The notes beneath the pieces are model-generated. The model did no database searches. It was not told the DNA's origin and saw nothing but the letters and a program-made list of their open reading frames with translations. Below are positions 44,414 to 54,176 of a DNA stretch of 64,000 bases, in pieces. The stretch spans positions 114,860 through 178,859 of the forward strand of contig DRFQ01000001.1 of NCBI GenBank assembly GCA_011050465.1, given 5' to 3'. The translations under genes and the position numbers were made by a program. Source of the DNA: Candidatus Nealsonbacteria bacterium. Its GTDB lineage: Bacteria > Patescibacteriota > Minisyncoccia > Minisyncoccales > RBG-13-36-15. Every line of letters begins with the position of its first letter. Position 1 is the first letter of the stretch.

Positions 44414-46333
44414 ATGGCTCAAAGAAAATACTATCGCCATACTTTTCGAAAGAAAGAAAAGTATAAATTGCTTTTAAAAATCTTATCTGGTTTTCTTTTT
44501 TTTATTGTTGCTATCTTTCTAATGGTCGCTTTTTTGTTTGTCTTTTATGCCAAAGATTTGCCTCGTCCGGAAAAATTTACCGAACGTACTTTCATTGAAT
44601 CTTCAAAAATATTTGACCGTTCAGGAGAAATTCTCTTATATGAAATTTATGGAGAAGAAAGAAGAGAAATTGTCCCCATAGGTATTGTTCCCGAATATTT
44701 GAAAAACGCTGTTATTGTTACGGAAGATATCGAATTCTATCATCACTTTGGTATCAGCTTTAAGGCAATCGCCCGAGCTATCCTGATCGATTTGAAATTA
44801 GGAAAACCGGCTCAAGGAGGTTCTACAATTTCTCAACAGTTAATCCGTTCCTCATTTTTAACTCCCTCGAAAACGGCAAAAAGAAAAATTCGAGAAATTA
44901 TTTTGACTCTTGAGCTAGAAAGACGTTATTCTAAGGAGCAAATTTTAGAATTTTATTTGAACCAAATCCCTTTTGGCGAGAACGCTTATGGTGTCGAAGC
45001 TGCCAGTCAGGTTTATTTTGGAAAATCGGTTTCAAACATCTCGATAACAGAAGCTGCTATTTTAGCTAGTTTAATCCAGGCTCCCAGTCGTCTCTCACCT
45101 TACGGAGAACATAAAGAAGATCTTCTAATAAGGAAAGATTATGTTTTAGAGAAAATGGCAGAATATAATTTTTTAACCCAAGAAGAAGTCGAAGACGCAA
45201 AGAGCCAAACCTTAAAATTTATTTCTCCTCGTCTTATTAAAGCTCCTCATTTTGTTGTATATGTGAGAGACTACTTGCTTAATCAATATAGTGAGGATTT
45301 TTTAAAAGAAAAAGGGTTAAAGATAATAACTACTTTAGACTGGGGGCTACAAAAATGGGCAGAAGAAGTGGTGCAGGAAGGAGCCCGAATTAACCAGGCG
45401 TCACGAGCTCATAATGCTGCCCTAGTGGCTATTGATCCAAAAACTGGAGAAATTTTAGCGATGGTGGGGTCGAAAGATTTTTGGGCCGATTCTTATCCTG
45501 AAAACTGTATGCCTGGCGAAAATTGTCTTTTCGATCCTCAGTATAACGTAGCGACTGGAATTTCCGGTCGTCAACCAGGATCAGCTTTTAAGCCTTTTGT
45601 TTATGTTACCGCCTTTAAGAATGGGTATTCAGACGAAACAATTGTGATTGATGAAAAAACTGATTTCAATGGCTATATCCCTCAGAATTATGATGGAATT
45701 TTCCGTGGGGCTGTAACTTTAAGAGAAGCCTTGGCGCAGTCTCTTAATGTCCCTTCAGTCAAAGTTCTGGCTAATTTTGCCGGCGTAGAAGATTCAATAA
45801 AGACCGCAAAGAGCTTTGGAATTACCACTTTGAATCAACCTCTTTCTTATTATGGCTTATCTTTAGTTTTAGGAGGAGGAGAAGTAAGGCTTCTTGATAT
45901 GGTCTCAGCATACGGAGTTTTTGCCACCGGCGGCTTTCGGTTCCCGCCGAGAAACATATTAAGAATAGAAGACTCTTCGGGGAATATCCTTGAAAAAAGA
46001 GAAAATAATGGCCGGAGAGTAATGAATCCCGAACCAATTTATTTAATCAACAGTATTCTCTCTGACAATGAGGCCAGGGCTCCAACATTTGGTTTAAATT
46101 CTCTTTTATATTTTAAAGACTATCAGGTGGCGGCCAAAACCGGCACGACCCAAAACTATAAAGATGGTTGGATTATCGGTTATACCTCTTCTATTGTCGT
46201 TGGAGTATGGGTTGGCAACAACGATAATTCTCCAATGTATGAAAAACCCGGAGTTTCCGTGGCTGCCCCTATATGGAGAAGATTTATAGAAAAAGCTCTT
46301 CTAGAATTTCCTAAAGAGCTTTTGTTTGAATAA
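44414..46333 (+). CDS. Bifunctional penicillin-binding protein 1A (glycosyltransferase GT51 + transpeptidase)
   Basis: 639 aa; N-terminal TM; GT51 motifs 'TEDIEFYHHFGI', 'GGSTISQQL'; transpeptidase 'SAFKPF', 'SLN', 'KTGTT'. Confidence 0.85.
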   Translation: MAQRKYYRHTFRKKEKYKLLLKILSGFLFFIVAIFLMVAFLFVFYAKDLPRPEKFTERTFIESSKIFDRSGEILLYEIYGEERREIVPIGIVPEYLKNAVIVTEDIEFYHHFGISFKAIARAILIDLKLGKPAQGGSTISQQLIRSSFLTPSKTAKRKIREIILTLELERRYSKEQILEFYLNQIPFGENAYGVEAASQVYFGKSVSNISITEAAILASLIQAPSRLSPYGEHKEDLLIRKDYVLEKMAEYNFLTQEEVEDAKSQTLKFISPRLIKAPHFVVYVRDYLLNQYSEDFLKEKGLKIITTLDWGLQKWAEEVVQEGARINQASRAHNAALVAIDPKTGEILAMVGSKDFWADSYPENCMPGENCLFDPQYNVATGISGRQPGSAFKPFVYVTAFKNGYSDETIVIDEKTDFNGYIPQNYDGIFRGAVTLREALAQSLNVPSVKVLANFAGVEDSIKTAKSFGITTLNQPLSYYGLSLVLGGGEVRLLDMVSAYGVFATGGFRFPPRNILRIEDSSGNILEKRENNGRRVMNPEPIYLINSILSDNEARAPTFGLNSLLYFKDYQVAAKTGTTQNYKDGWIIGYTSSIVVGVWVGNNDNSPMYEKPGVSVAAPIWRRFIEKALLEFPKELLFE

Positions 46334-46370
46334 TTTCCGAGCCGTTGGTGTTTTCGTATGGTTGAGTAGG

Positions 46371-47495
46371 TTAAGTGGCTTTAATCGGCATTATAACGTA
46401 AAAATAACTTTGGTCGTCCACTGGTTTTAGAATTGCCGGCCCTTCTTCCCCGCTTAATTCGAAAACGACCTCCCGGCTTTTAATATTTGAAAGTCCTTCG
46501 GCAAGAAAGCGCCAGTTAAAGGAAACTTCTACTGCTTCGCCTTTTACTTCGCCAGAGAAAGAAGACTTATTCTCTCCCAAGTCGGGACTTTGAGAGAAAA
46601 CTTCTATTGTTTTTTGTTTTGGGTTAATTTTTAATTTAACTTCGTTGATTTTGCCGCAAAAAAGACCCGCTGTTTTAACTTGGTTTAAAAAGGTTGGCCT
46701 GGGAACGGTAATTTGAGTACTATGTTTTTGGGGGATAATTTCTTGATAATTCGGGTAATCCCCTTCAATTAAACGAGAGAAAATTTGAATGCGAGGCTGC
46801 GTTATTTCATCAACTAAAAATTCAAAAACAACTTGATTTTTTGTGAAATAAATAATTAGTTTGCCTTTTTTTTCGGAGAAAATATTCACTAATTCACGAG
46901 CTGTTTTTTGAGGGATAATAAAAGCAGTTTTTTGTTTTTCTTTTTTTTCAAAGAAAAGGGTTTTTTCGGCCAACCGGAAACTGTCGGTAGCTACTAACTT
47001 TAAAGTGTCGGGGCTAAAATCCAGAAAAACACCGGATATTTCTGGTTTCGTTTGAGAAGGGGAAGTAATTTCGATAATTTGTTTCAAACCTTCGACGAAA
47101 GGAATGGTGTTGATTTGGATAGAATTTTTTTCATCGAAAGAAGGAAAAAGAGGAAAATCCTCTGTTGTCGTTTTTTTAATTTTAGTTTGAAAATTTTTAC
47201 TCTCAATATTGAGAAAATTTCCCTCTTCTTTTAGACAAATTTTATCTGGCTCTAATGAATTTATATAATTTGAAAGAAACTTGGCTGGAAGAGCAACGCT
47301 TCCCTCTATTTCGATTTTGGCCAAAATCCAACATTTAATAGCCGTTTCAAGATCTGTGGTTGTTAGAATTAAGAAATTTTTCTCTGTTGATATTAAAACA
47401 TTTTCTAAAATAGGAAAATTAATATTTTTATTCGCCACTCTTTCTACAATTTGAAGGCCGGATTTAAAATTATTTTTCAAAATAAAAACTTTCAT
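46371..47495 (-). CDS. dnaN: DNA polymerase III beta sliding clamp
   Basis: 374 aa; three-domain clamp architecture; position immediately downstream of dnaA. Confidence 0.85.
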   Translation of the reverse strand: MKVFILKNNFKSGLQIVERVANKNINFPILENVLISTEKNFLILTTTDLETAIKCWILAKIEIEGSVALPAKFLSNYINSLEPDKICLKEEGNFLNIESKNFQTKIKKTTTEDFPLFPSFDEKNSIQINTIPFVEGLKQIIEITSPSQTKPEISGVFLDFSPDTLKLVATDSFRLAEKTLFFEKKEKQKTAFIIPQKTARELVNIFSEKKGKLIIYFTKNQVVFEFLVDEITQPRIQIFSRLIEGDYPNYQEIIPQKHSTQITVPRPTFLNQVKTAGLFCGKINEVKLKINPKQKTIEVFSQSPDLGENKSSFSGEVKGEAVEVSFNWRFLAEGLSNIKSREVVFELSGEEGPAILKPVDDQSYFYVIMPIKAT

Positions 47496-47679
47496 ATAAT
47501 AATAATAAATTTATAATAAACTTATTTATAGTTATTGTTATAGAGGGGTAAATTTTAAATAAATAAGGTTAATTTGATTGGGGAAAAACTTTGTTTTTCC
47601 TTTGGGAAAGACATGGGAATGATATATAAGAAAATGAAGAAAACAATTTTAAAATTACAGCGGGTTATTTTTACACCCG

Positions 47680-49032
47680 TTATGCACTGAAAATCCGCTG
47701 GCGAATTAGGTTTAATTCCTCTTTTAAATTTTCATTAGAATTAAGTTCTTTTTTGATTTTTTCGTAGGAATGGATAGCAGTAGTGTGGTCTTTCCCCCCT
47801 ATTTTCCTCCCAATGAAAGGGAATGAATTTTTTAATTCTTCCCTTAAAAAATAAACAATAATTTGTCTTGGTTGAACAATTTCTCTCTTTCGAGACGAAG
47901 ATAAAATATCTTTCTCTTTTACGTCATAAAATTCAACAACCGTTTGGATTATTTTTTTAGGACTGACTATTTTTTTAGGAGACTGAATTAAATTTTTCAA
48001 AAGATTTTTTGTAATCTCTAACCCAGGAATTTGCTTATTTAATTTTTGGAAAGCAATTAACCTGTTAAGGGCACCCTCTAATTCTCTGATATTCCGTTGA
48101 ATATTATTGGCTAAATAAGTCAAAATTTCGTCTGAGAAATTCATTTTTCTTTCCTGGGCTTTGACCTTGAGAATAGCTATCCTTGTTTCGAAATCAGGCA
48201 AGCCAATATCGGCTATCATTCCCCCTTCAAACCTTGAACGTAATCTTTCTTCGAGAGAAGGGATGGCTTTTGGGGGACGATCAGAGGAAAGAATTATTTG
48301 TTTGTTATTTTCATACAAAGTATTAAAAATATGAAAAAATTCTTCTTGGGTTTTTTCTTTGCCAGCCAAGAACTGGATGTCGTCAATAATTAAAACGTCT
48401 ACCTGACGATATTTATTTTTAAAAGCTTCTACATTATGGTTGCGAATGGAGAGGACAACCTCAGAAGTGAATTTCTCGGACGGTATGTACTTAACCTTTT
48501 TTGAGGATAATTTTTTTGTCACCTCGTTTCCGATTGATTGCAAAAGATGGGTTTTGCCCAGGCCGACACCGCCGTATACAAACAAAGGATTATATACTAA
48601 CCCCGGCTCTTTGGCGACAGCAATGGCCGCGGCATGGGGCAGTTCGTTGAAAGAACCAACGATGAAATTTTCAAACGTATAACGAGGATTTAGGTTAGTT
48701 GTTTTATCAATCTTAAACTCCGAAAACTCCAATTGATCAGATTCCGGCATGGTAATAGTTTCTTTCATACGAAGACCTTTTGGTTGTATAGATTCAACAG
48801 AGTATTTCACCTCCTTAATTTCTCCATCAAGGCTGCGAAGAGTTGTTAAGATTAATTTATGATATTTGTTTTCTATCCATTCTTTTGAAAAAGAGTTAGG
48901 GACAGCAATTTGAACCTCATTCTCCTTTTGAGAGAGAATATTAGTGTTTTTAAACCAAGTTTCGAAATTAGCCGGAGAAATATGAAATTGAATTTGGGCA
49001 AGGACAGCTTGCCAGAGTTCTTCTTGTTGCAT
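47680..49032 (-). CDS. dnaA: Chromosomal replication initiator DnaA
   Basis: 450 aa; AAA+ 'GGVGLGKTHLLQSIGN', 'LIIDDIQFLAGKEKTQEEFFHIFN', C-terminal DNA-binding domain 'VQPRQIIVYF...GGKDHTTAIHSYEKI'. Confidence 0.9.
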   Translation of the reverse strand: MQQEELWQAVLAQIQFHISPANFETWFKNTNILSQKENEVQIAVPNSFSKEWIENKYHKLILTTLRSLDGEIKEVKYSVESIQPKGLRMKETITMPESDQLEFSEFKIDKTTNLNPRYTFENFIVGSFNELPHAAAIAVAKEPGLVYNPLFVYGGVGLGKTHLLQSIGNEVTKKLSSKKVKYIPSEKFTSEVVLSIRNHNVEAFKNKYRQVDVLIIDDIQFLAGKEKTQEEFFHIFNTLYENNKQIILSSDRPPKAIPSLEERLRSRFEGGMIADIGLPDFETRIAILKVKAQERKMNFSDEILTYLANNIQRNIRELEGALNRLIAFQKLNKQIPGLEITKNLLKNLIQSPKKIVSPKKIIQTVVEFYDVKEKDILSSSRKREIVQPRQIIVYFLREELKNSFPFIGRKIGGKDHTTAIHSYEKIKKELNSNENLKEELNLIRQRIFSA

Positions 49033-49240
49033 AGCTTTTATTTTTTATCTTTCTTTGATTATAGCATTAAAAGAAAAGAAGATGTCAAATAGAATTAAAA
49101 CCAAACCGCAAGACCAAATTTTGTTAATAAAATGGGGGAAATCTGTGGATTCTTAAATGAAAATGAACCGGCGATTCCGATTGACTAAAACAAAAATTTT
49201 TGATATCTTAGTCTATAAAGTCTAAAATGAATTTTTCAAA

Positions 49241-49375
49241 ATGTCAATTACTTATCAACCCAAAAAAAGAAAAAGAAAAAAATCCCATGGTTTCAGAAAA
49301 AGGAAGAGAACAAAAGGCGGAAGGACAACATTGACCAGGAGGAGAAGAAAAAAAAGACAGCGACTAACCGTTTAA
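49241..49375 (+). CDS. rpmH: 50S ribosomal protein bL34 (below ORF-track cut-off)
   Basis: 44 aa '[44 protein letters not shown]'; classic L34 sequence and position upstream of rnpA. Confidence 0.8.
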   Translation: MSITYQPKKRKRKKSHGFRKRKRTKGGRTTLTRRRRKKRQRLTV

Positions 49376-49483
49376 ATTGACATACCGTCACATTATTGCA
49401 TTATTCAATTAGTTTTATTGAGCAAAGAAATTTCGTTATTTTTAGTGCAACAGTTTACCAATTTAACAGTTTAACAATTTATT

Positions 49484-49846
49484 TTGTTGCCCAGAGAAAA
49501 TCGACTTAACCAAAAAAAAGACTTCCAGAGAGTTTTTCAAAAAGGAAAGGGTCTTAGAGAAAATTTATTAACATTCAAATGGGCTCCAAATAATTTAAAA
49601 GTAAGTCGTTTCGGTTTCATTGTCAGTAAAAAAATTTCCAAAAAAGCCATTGTAAGAAATCAAATTAAAAGAAGGTTAAGAGAAAAAGTGAGAATAGAAC
49701 TTCCTCGTCTTAAGAAAGGCATAGATGGAGTAATCATTGTCCGGCCCGGAGTAGCAAAAGAAAAAAATCAGGAAATTTCCAAAAATTTAAACAAAATTTT
49801 TCTTAGAGCAAAATTAATTAGAAAAAATGGAAGCAGCAATTTCTAA
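49484..49846 (+). CDS. rnpA: Ribonuclease P protein component
   Basis: 120 aa; '[19 protein letters not shown]', '[10 protein letters not shown]' RNR-like basic motif. Confidence 0.8.
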   Translation: MLPRENRLNQKKDFQRVFQKGKGLRENLLTFKWAPNNLKVSRFGFIVSKKISKKAIVRNQIKRRLREKVRIELPRLKKGIDGVIIVRPGVAKEKNQEISKNLNKIFLRAKLIRKNGSSNF

Positions 49847-50033
49847 AGCTATAAAATTTTATCAGAACTTTATCTCTCCAGGACTGGGTTTGCATTGTCG
49901 TTTTTGGCCCAGCTGCTCAGAATACACCAATCAGGCGATAAAAAAGTACGGCCTTAAAAAAGGCTCTCTTCTTTTTTTTAAAAGAATATTAAAGTGTCAT
50001 CCCTGGCATCCGGGCGGCATAGACCTACCTTAA
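49827..50033 (+). CDS. yidD: Membrane protein insertion efficiency factor YidD
   Basis: 68 aa; '[23 protein letters not shown]...[12 protein letters not shown]' YidD signature. Confidence 0.75.
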   Translation: MEAAISKAIKFYQNFISPGLGLHCRFWPSCSEYTNQAIKKYGLKKGSLLFFKRILKCHPWHPGGIDLP

Positions 50034-50039
50034 AAAAAT

Positions 50040-50777
50040 ATGGATTTTATAATTACTTTTTTCAATACATTTTTATATAGACCGTTATTTAATCTTTTGG
50101 TTTTGCTTTATCAATATTTGCCCGGACACGATTTCGGAATAGCGGTTATCGCTTTAACCGTTTTAGTAAGAGTCGTTTTTTATCCTTTGAACCTCAAGGC
50201 CATTAAATCACAGAAACTTCTTCAAGAGTTACAGCCCAAAATTCAAGAAATTCAAAGAAAATTTAAAAACGATAAGGAAAAACTAACCAAAGCCACTATT
50301 GAGCTTTATCAAAAAGGTAAGGTCAATCCTTTGTCTGGATGTTTGCCGATTTTAATCCAATTCCCAATTTTAATTGCTCTTTTCTGGGTATTTCAAAAAG
50401 GACTTCGAGTTGAAGAAATGGTTAATCTTTACAGTTTCGTTCCTAATCCCGGGCAAATTGTCCCTACTTTTTTGGGGATTTTAAATTTAGCCCAGCCTTC
50501 GGCTGTTTTGGCAGTCCTTTGCGGTTTCGCCCAGTTCGTTCAGACAAAAATGTTGACCCCTAAAACCCAGACTAAAAAAGGCAAGGCCGATTTTTCTACG
50601 ATGATGCAAAAACAAATGCTTTATTTTTTTCCAATTTTTACAGTTTTTATCCTTTGGAACCTTCCCTCTGCCATTGCTCTTTACTGGCTGGTTACCTCCC
50701 TTTTCTCGATTTTCCAGCAATATTTAATCTTTAGACCCAACACTAAAACTTCACTTAATGCAGAGCAGAAGACATAA
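50040..50777 (+). CDS. yidC: Membrane protein insertase YidC (short form)
   Basis: 245 aa; 'GCLPILIQFPILIALFWV' conserved TM and basic C-terminus. Confidence 0.8.
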   Translation: MDFIITFFNTFLYRPLFNLLVLLYQYLPGHDFGIAVIALTVLVRVVFYPLNLKAIKSQKLLQELQPKIQEIQRKFKNDKEKLTKATIELYQKGKVNPLSGCLPILIQFPILIALFWVFQKGLRVEEMVNLYSFVPNPGQIVPTFLGILNLAQPSAVLAVLCGFAQFVQTKMLTPKTQTKKGKADFSTMMQKQMLYFFPIFTVFILWNLPSAIALYWLVTSLFSIFQQYLIFRPNTKTSLNAEQKT

Positions 50778-50780
50778 AAT

Positions 50781-51260
50781 ATGATTTCTCAAAAAGACTT
50801 AGAAAAAGCCAAAGAAATCACAGAAAAGTTTTTTCAGAAAATGACCATTCAGGTAGAAATTAAAGTAAAAGCCCAAAAAGAGCAAACTTTTTCGATTGAT
50901 TTAGAAACAGAAAATCCTCAGATTTTAATTGGCGAAGGGGGCAGGACCCTTGCGGAGATTCAACATCTTCTCAGGTTAATTCTAAGAAAAAAACTTTTTT
51001 CTTCTAAAGAAAATGATAAAATTTTCTTCGTTGATCTTGATATAGTAGATTACAAAAAGAAAAAATATCAACACTTAAAAGAACTGGCACGTTCCATAGC
51101 TGACGAGGTTGCTCTGTCTAAAAAAGAAAAAAATCTTCCTTCAATGTCGGCCGCAGAAAGAAGAATTATTCACCTGGAATTAGCTGATAGATCAGACGTT
51201 GTTACCGAAAGCCTTGGCCAAGAGCCAGAAAGAAGTATAGTCATTCGACCCCATCCTTAA
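50781..51260 (+). CDS. jag: Jag/KhpB R3H RNA-binding protein
   Basis: 159 aa; KH-like 'ILIGEGGRTL' and R3H 'ERRIIHLELADRSDVVTESLGQEPERSIVI'. Confidence 0.7.
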   Translation: MISQKDLEKAKEITEKFFQKMTIQVEIKVKAQKEQTFSIDLETENPQILIGEGGRTLAEIQHLLRLILRKKLFSSKENDKIFFVDLDIVDYKKKKYQHLKELARSIADEVALSKKEKNLPSMSAAERRIIHLELADRSDVVTESLGQEPERSIVIRPHP

Positions 51261-51280
51261 ATCATAATCAGTATTTTTCT

Positions 51281-51327
51281 AAAGACCTAAAAAGAGCTGC
51301 CAGTGGCAGCTCTTTTTAGGTCTTACT
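51281..51327. terminator. Long bidirectional terminator hairpin
   Basis: aagacctaaaaagagctgcc-agt-ggcagctctttttaggtctt (20-bp perfect stem) between jag and the convergent type-IV locus. Confidence 0.7.
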
Positions 51328-51339
51328 CGATATCAAAAC

Positions 51340-52830
51340 CTACATACCTTTTTTAATAACCGGAATAACTAACATAGCTCTTGTTTGGTTATCACCAATA
51401 TGGTTATCTTTAAGCCTGATATCACTCGCCGTAAACACTTCTCCTCTTCCATCCCCTCGGAATAAAACAGCACTAAAATTACCTTCAACTCTCAGCGAGG
51501 AGATTCCGTTACTATCAGTAAAGGTTGGACACCACCCCGCATCTATCCACTGGGGATAGTCTAGGGCCATTGGCGGGATAGGATAAATACCACACTCAGC
51601 CCCATTCTCATCTTCGTTAAAATTATAATTTTGATAAAGAGTTATTCCTCCAGAAGGTAAAGAGCTATCTGGTGGACGCTGAACAAAAACACTGATTGAT
51701 GAAACTCTGTCTTTTTCGACGTGCTCGACACAATATGAGTTATCCATACCAATAAGAGGATTACATTCAGGGATTGCACCTCCTTCGCTTAAGGGAATAC
51801 ATCTTGGAGGCCATTCGTCAATTGTGCCACCAAAAAAGACCTCAGCATCGCCTCGGAAATCATTGTGTTCGTGCAGAACTGCTCCGAGCTTACCGACGAT
51901 GACCATTTCTCCTCTACAACACTGTGGATTAATGTTACAGTCGATAACCCATGGCCCAGGGCATAAACCATCATCCCACACTAAATTTTCCGGCTTTTCT
52001 ATTCTTCGTGGTATTATTTTAATCGATTTGGCTTTGTTGTCAAAATTTATAGAACCACTCAAGTCAGACACGCTGCTTGTAAAAAGATGAGGATCTGCTT
52101 TACAACCGTCATCAGAGAAAAGATAAACCCCGGGCATTTTCCAGATTAATCTAACAGATTGGCTGTTTCCACTGATTGGTTTACAATCATCTCCATCATG
52201 ATCATCAGATTCCCAAGGTGTTCCTTCATAATTTTCTTCAGGGAAAATTTTGATCTCCATTTCTTCTGCAGAATCATAAAAATAAACTGATGTGGCCTCA
52301 TTGTTGAAGTCTCCCAGCGAAGAATAGTTGCTTCTTACTCTTAAAAAGTCTTCTCCCTCTATTAATCCCGAAGTGTCACTTTTGAGAGAATTACAATCAA
52401 TTCCCGGCCTTTCTTTGTACAAAATAACCCCTTTATTAAATTCTACTTTTCCTATTTTTAAAACCACCAACTCCGGATTAAGTTGGATTAAAATGACATA
52501 AGCAATAAGTAGAATAATTAAACCTAAAATGCCAGCTGTAATCTGGCTTTTGGCATCAGATATGGCTAAAGGGTTGCCGGCTGAAGCTAAATAGCGAAAG
52601 CCGCCGTAAACTAAACTACCAAAAGTAACCAAAGCGGCAATAAGCAAGGCGAGATTGAACAGATATTTAATATAATCTGGTAAAAAAGTTTTGACTGTCC
52701 TTGGGGTTTCTGCCCCCGAAACCTGAGGATAATCCACTTCTGTTTTTTGCGCCAGCGCTAAGCCGTTCAAAACCAAAAAACAGAAACTGGCAAGAATCAA
52801 AATTAAAAAGATTTTTTTAAAGCTTTTCAT
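51340..52830 (-). CDS. Secreted Cys-rich protein with N-terminal VirB2/TrbC-like two-helix pilin module
   Basis: 496 aa; signal peptide; 'LPDYIKYLFNLALLIAALVTFGSLVYGGFRYLASAGNPLAISDAKSQITAGILGLIILLIAYVILIQLNPE' (helix-loop-helix); C-terminal domain with about 16 Cys. Confidence 0.6.
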   Translation of the reverse strand: MKSFKKIFLILILASFCFLVLNGLALAQKTEVDYPQVSGAETPRTVKTFLPDYIKYLFNLALLIAALVTFGSLVYGGFRYLASAGNPLAISDAKSQITAGILGLIILLIAYVILIQLNPELVVLKIGKVEFNKGVILYKERPGIDCNSLKSDTSGLIEGEDFLRVRSNYSSLGDFNNEATSVYFYDSAEEMEIKIFPEENYEGTPWESDDHDGDDCKPISGNSQSVRLIWKMPGVYLFSDDGCKADPHLFTSSVSDLSGSINFDNKAKSIKIIPRRIEKPENLVWDDGLCPGPWVIDCNINPQCCRGEMVIVGKLGAVLHEHNDFRGDAEVFFGGTIDEWPPRCIPLSEGGAIPECNPLIGMDNSYCVEHVEKDRVSSISVFVQRPPDSSLPSGGITLYQNYNFNEDENGAECGIYPIPPMALDYPQWIDAGWCPTFTDSNGISSLRVEGNFSAVLFRGDGRGEVFTASDIRLKDNHIGDNQTRAMLVIPVIKKGM

Positions 52831-52848
52831 TTTTAGCTTGGATAAAAA

Positions 52849-54168
52849 TTATTTCTCTATTGGTTCGCAGCAAAAGAAATTAGTTAAATAGCACTCTTCC
52901 TGGTCGTCTGATAACATTCTTAACCATTTAGCTTCGTCACAACTAACAAGAGTTTCAACAAGCTGAACTTCCTCTGTTGGTTCGTATCCCGAAGCCGGAG
53001 TGGTGCACGCTGCCAGTCCTATCCTTGCTTTTTCCAACATAGCTCTAAGTCCCGGCGCCTTTTGAACTTCAGTGTTTATTGCAGCTGCGTAGTTAGCGAT
53101 TTGTAATGATCTGATATAAATTATAGCTCTCTGATCCCCTAATTCGACAATAGCATCTATGGGGCAGGCATTACCCGTGCAAGAGGAAATCCCGCAGTCG
53201 AAGTCTCGAACATATTTTTCTTCACAGGCACCACCAAAAGACTTATCAAAACATTCATTATCTCCCCAACACTGCGTTTCTGTCCCAATATTAAAACAGG
53301 TAGGGTCTATTGCCGGGTCACAAGAACCAACCGGCCCACAATCACAGGCCCCTATGCCCGGTCCATACCAGCAAGTTTCCCCTGTGACGACATCAGTCCA
53401 ACAGCATTCGTCAGAGGGAGCCGGAGGAAAAAATATACACATTTCCGGACCACATGATGATATTGCACAGACGCCAAAATCACTACATTCATCATCTCCC
53501 CAGACCCATGTTTCAGGATCATTAGATATTTTAAAACAGGTGGGGTCTGTCGGGTTTGCCGGGTTGCAGGTATTTCCATATTCGCAAAAATCTCCTTTTT
53601 CTTCCCAAGTACACAACCAACTACCACAGACACAGCTGCCTGGAAGTGCCTCGGGTGGGCAGCCCGGCGGATTTAGTCCGGTACGTGATATAGTTACATC
53701 CGCACAATTAGCGGTACACTCTTGATAAAGACAATTATCTGGATTCGGGTCGCAAAACTGTTCTGTTACAGTAACAGCATCACATTCGCCCCAGTAATTT
53801 TCACTATAATTCATCCAACAGTCTGTATTGCAATTTTCAGCTTGACATTCGTCAGGCAGAGGAAGCTCATAAACTGCATTGGCAGCTGCAACCACTTGTC
53901 CTCCTGCCGGCAGCATTTGATCATAATTCCAGATAATAGCCGTAGCCATTGCATAAGTGCCGTCCATTGCTTCTCCAATCGGGATTTCTCCACCCCCTAA
54001 ATATTGTCCAAATGCGCCAATTTCTTCTTCCTGGCATTCCCAATCCCATTGCTCTACAGCTGAAATTGCCTCCTCTTTATTATAGAAGAAAGAAAAGGTA
54101 AAGAAAAGCAGTCCCAAAAGCATAACAGGGAAAATAATCTTTTTATAGTTTCGTAATTTCATAAACAT
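52849..54168 (-). CDS. Secreted, extremely cysteine-rich protein (about 45 Cys, Trp-rich internal repeats)
   Basis: 439 aa; signal peptide; repeated 'C.P..DPTCF.I....(T)W.WGD(D/N)EC' units. The overlapping plus-strand ORFs are antisense artefacts of Cys/Gly codons. Confidence 0.6.
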   Translation of the reverse strand: MFMKLRNYKKIIFPVMLLGLLFFTFSFFYNKEEAISAVEQWDWECQEEEIGAFGQYLGGGEIPIGEAMDGTYAMATAIIWNYDQMLPAGGQVVAAANAVYELPLPDECQAENCNTDCWMNYSENYWGECDAVTVTEQFCDPNPDNCLYQECTANCADVTISRTGLNPPGCPPEALPGSCVCGSWLCTWEEKGDFCEYGNTCNPANPTDPTCFKISNDPETWVWGDDECSDFGVCAISSCGPEMCIFFPPAPSDECCWTDVVTGETCWYGPGIGACDCGPVGSCDPAIDPTCFNIGTETQCWGDNECFDKSFGGACEEKYVRDFDCGISSCTGNACPIDAIVELGDQRAIIYIRSLQIANYAAAINTEVQKAPGLRAMLEKARIGLAACTTPASGYEPTEEVQLVETLVSCDEAKWLRMLSDDQEECYLTNFFCCEPIEK

Positions 54169-54176
54169 AAATTAAA

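Noticed and set aside
53159-54000. Plus-strand ORFs (188, 92 aa) and minus-strand ORFs (93, 60 aa) inside the Cys-rich genes
   Set aside because: Antisense or out-of-frame to a strongly supported 439-aa gene. Pro/Ser/Gln-rich products are typical of the reverse complement of Cys/Gly/Trp codons.
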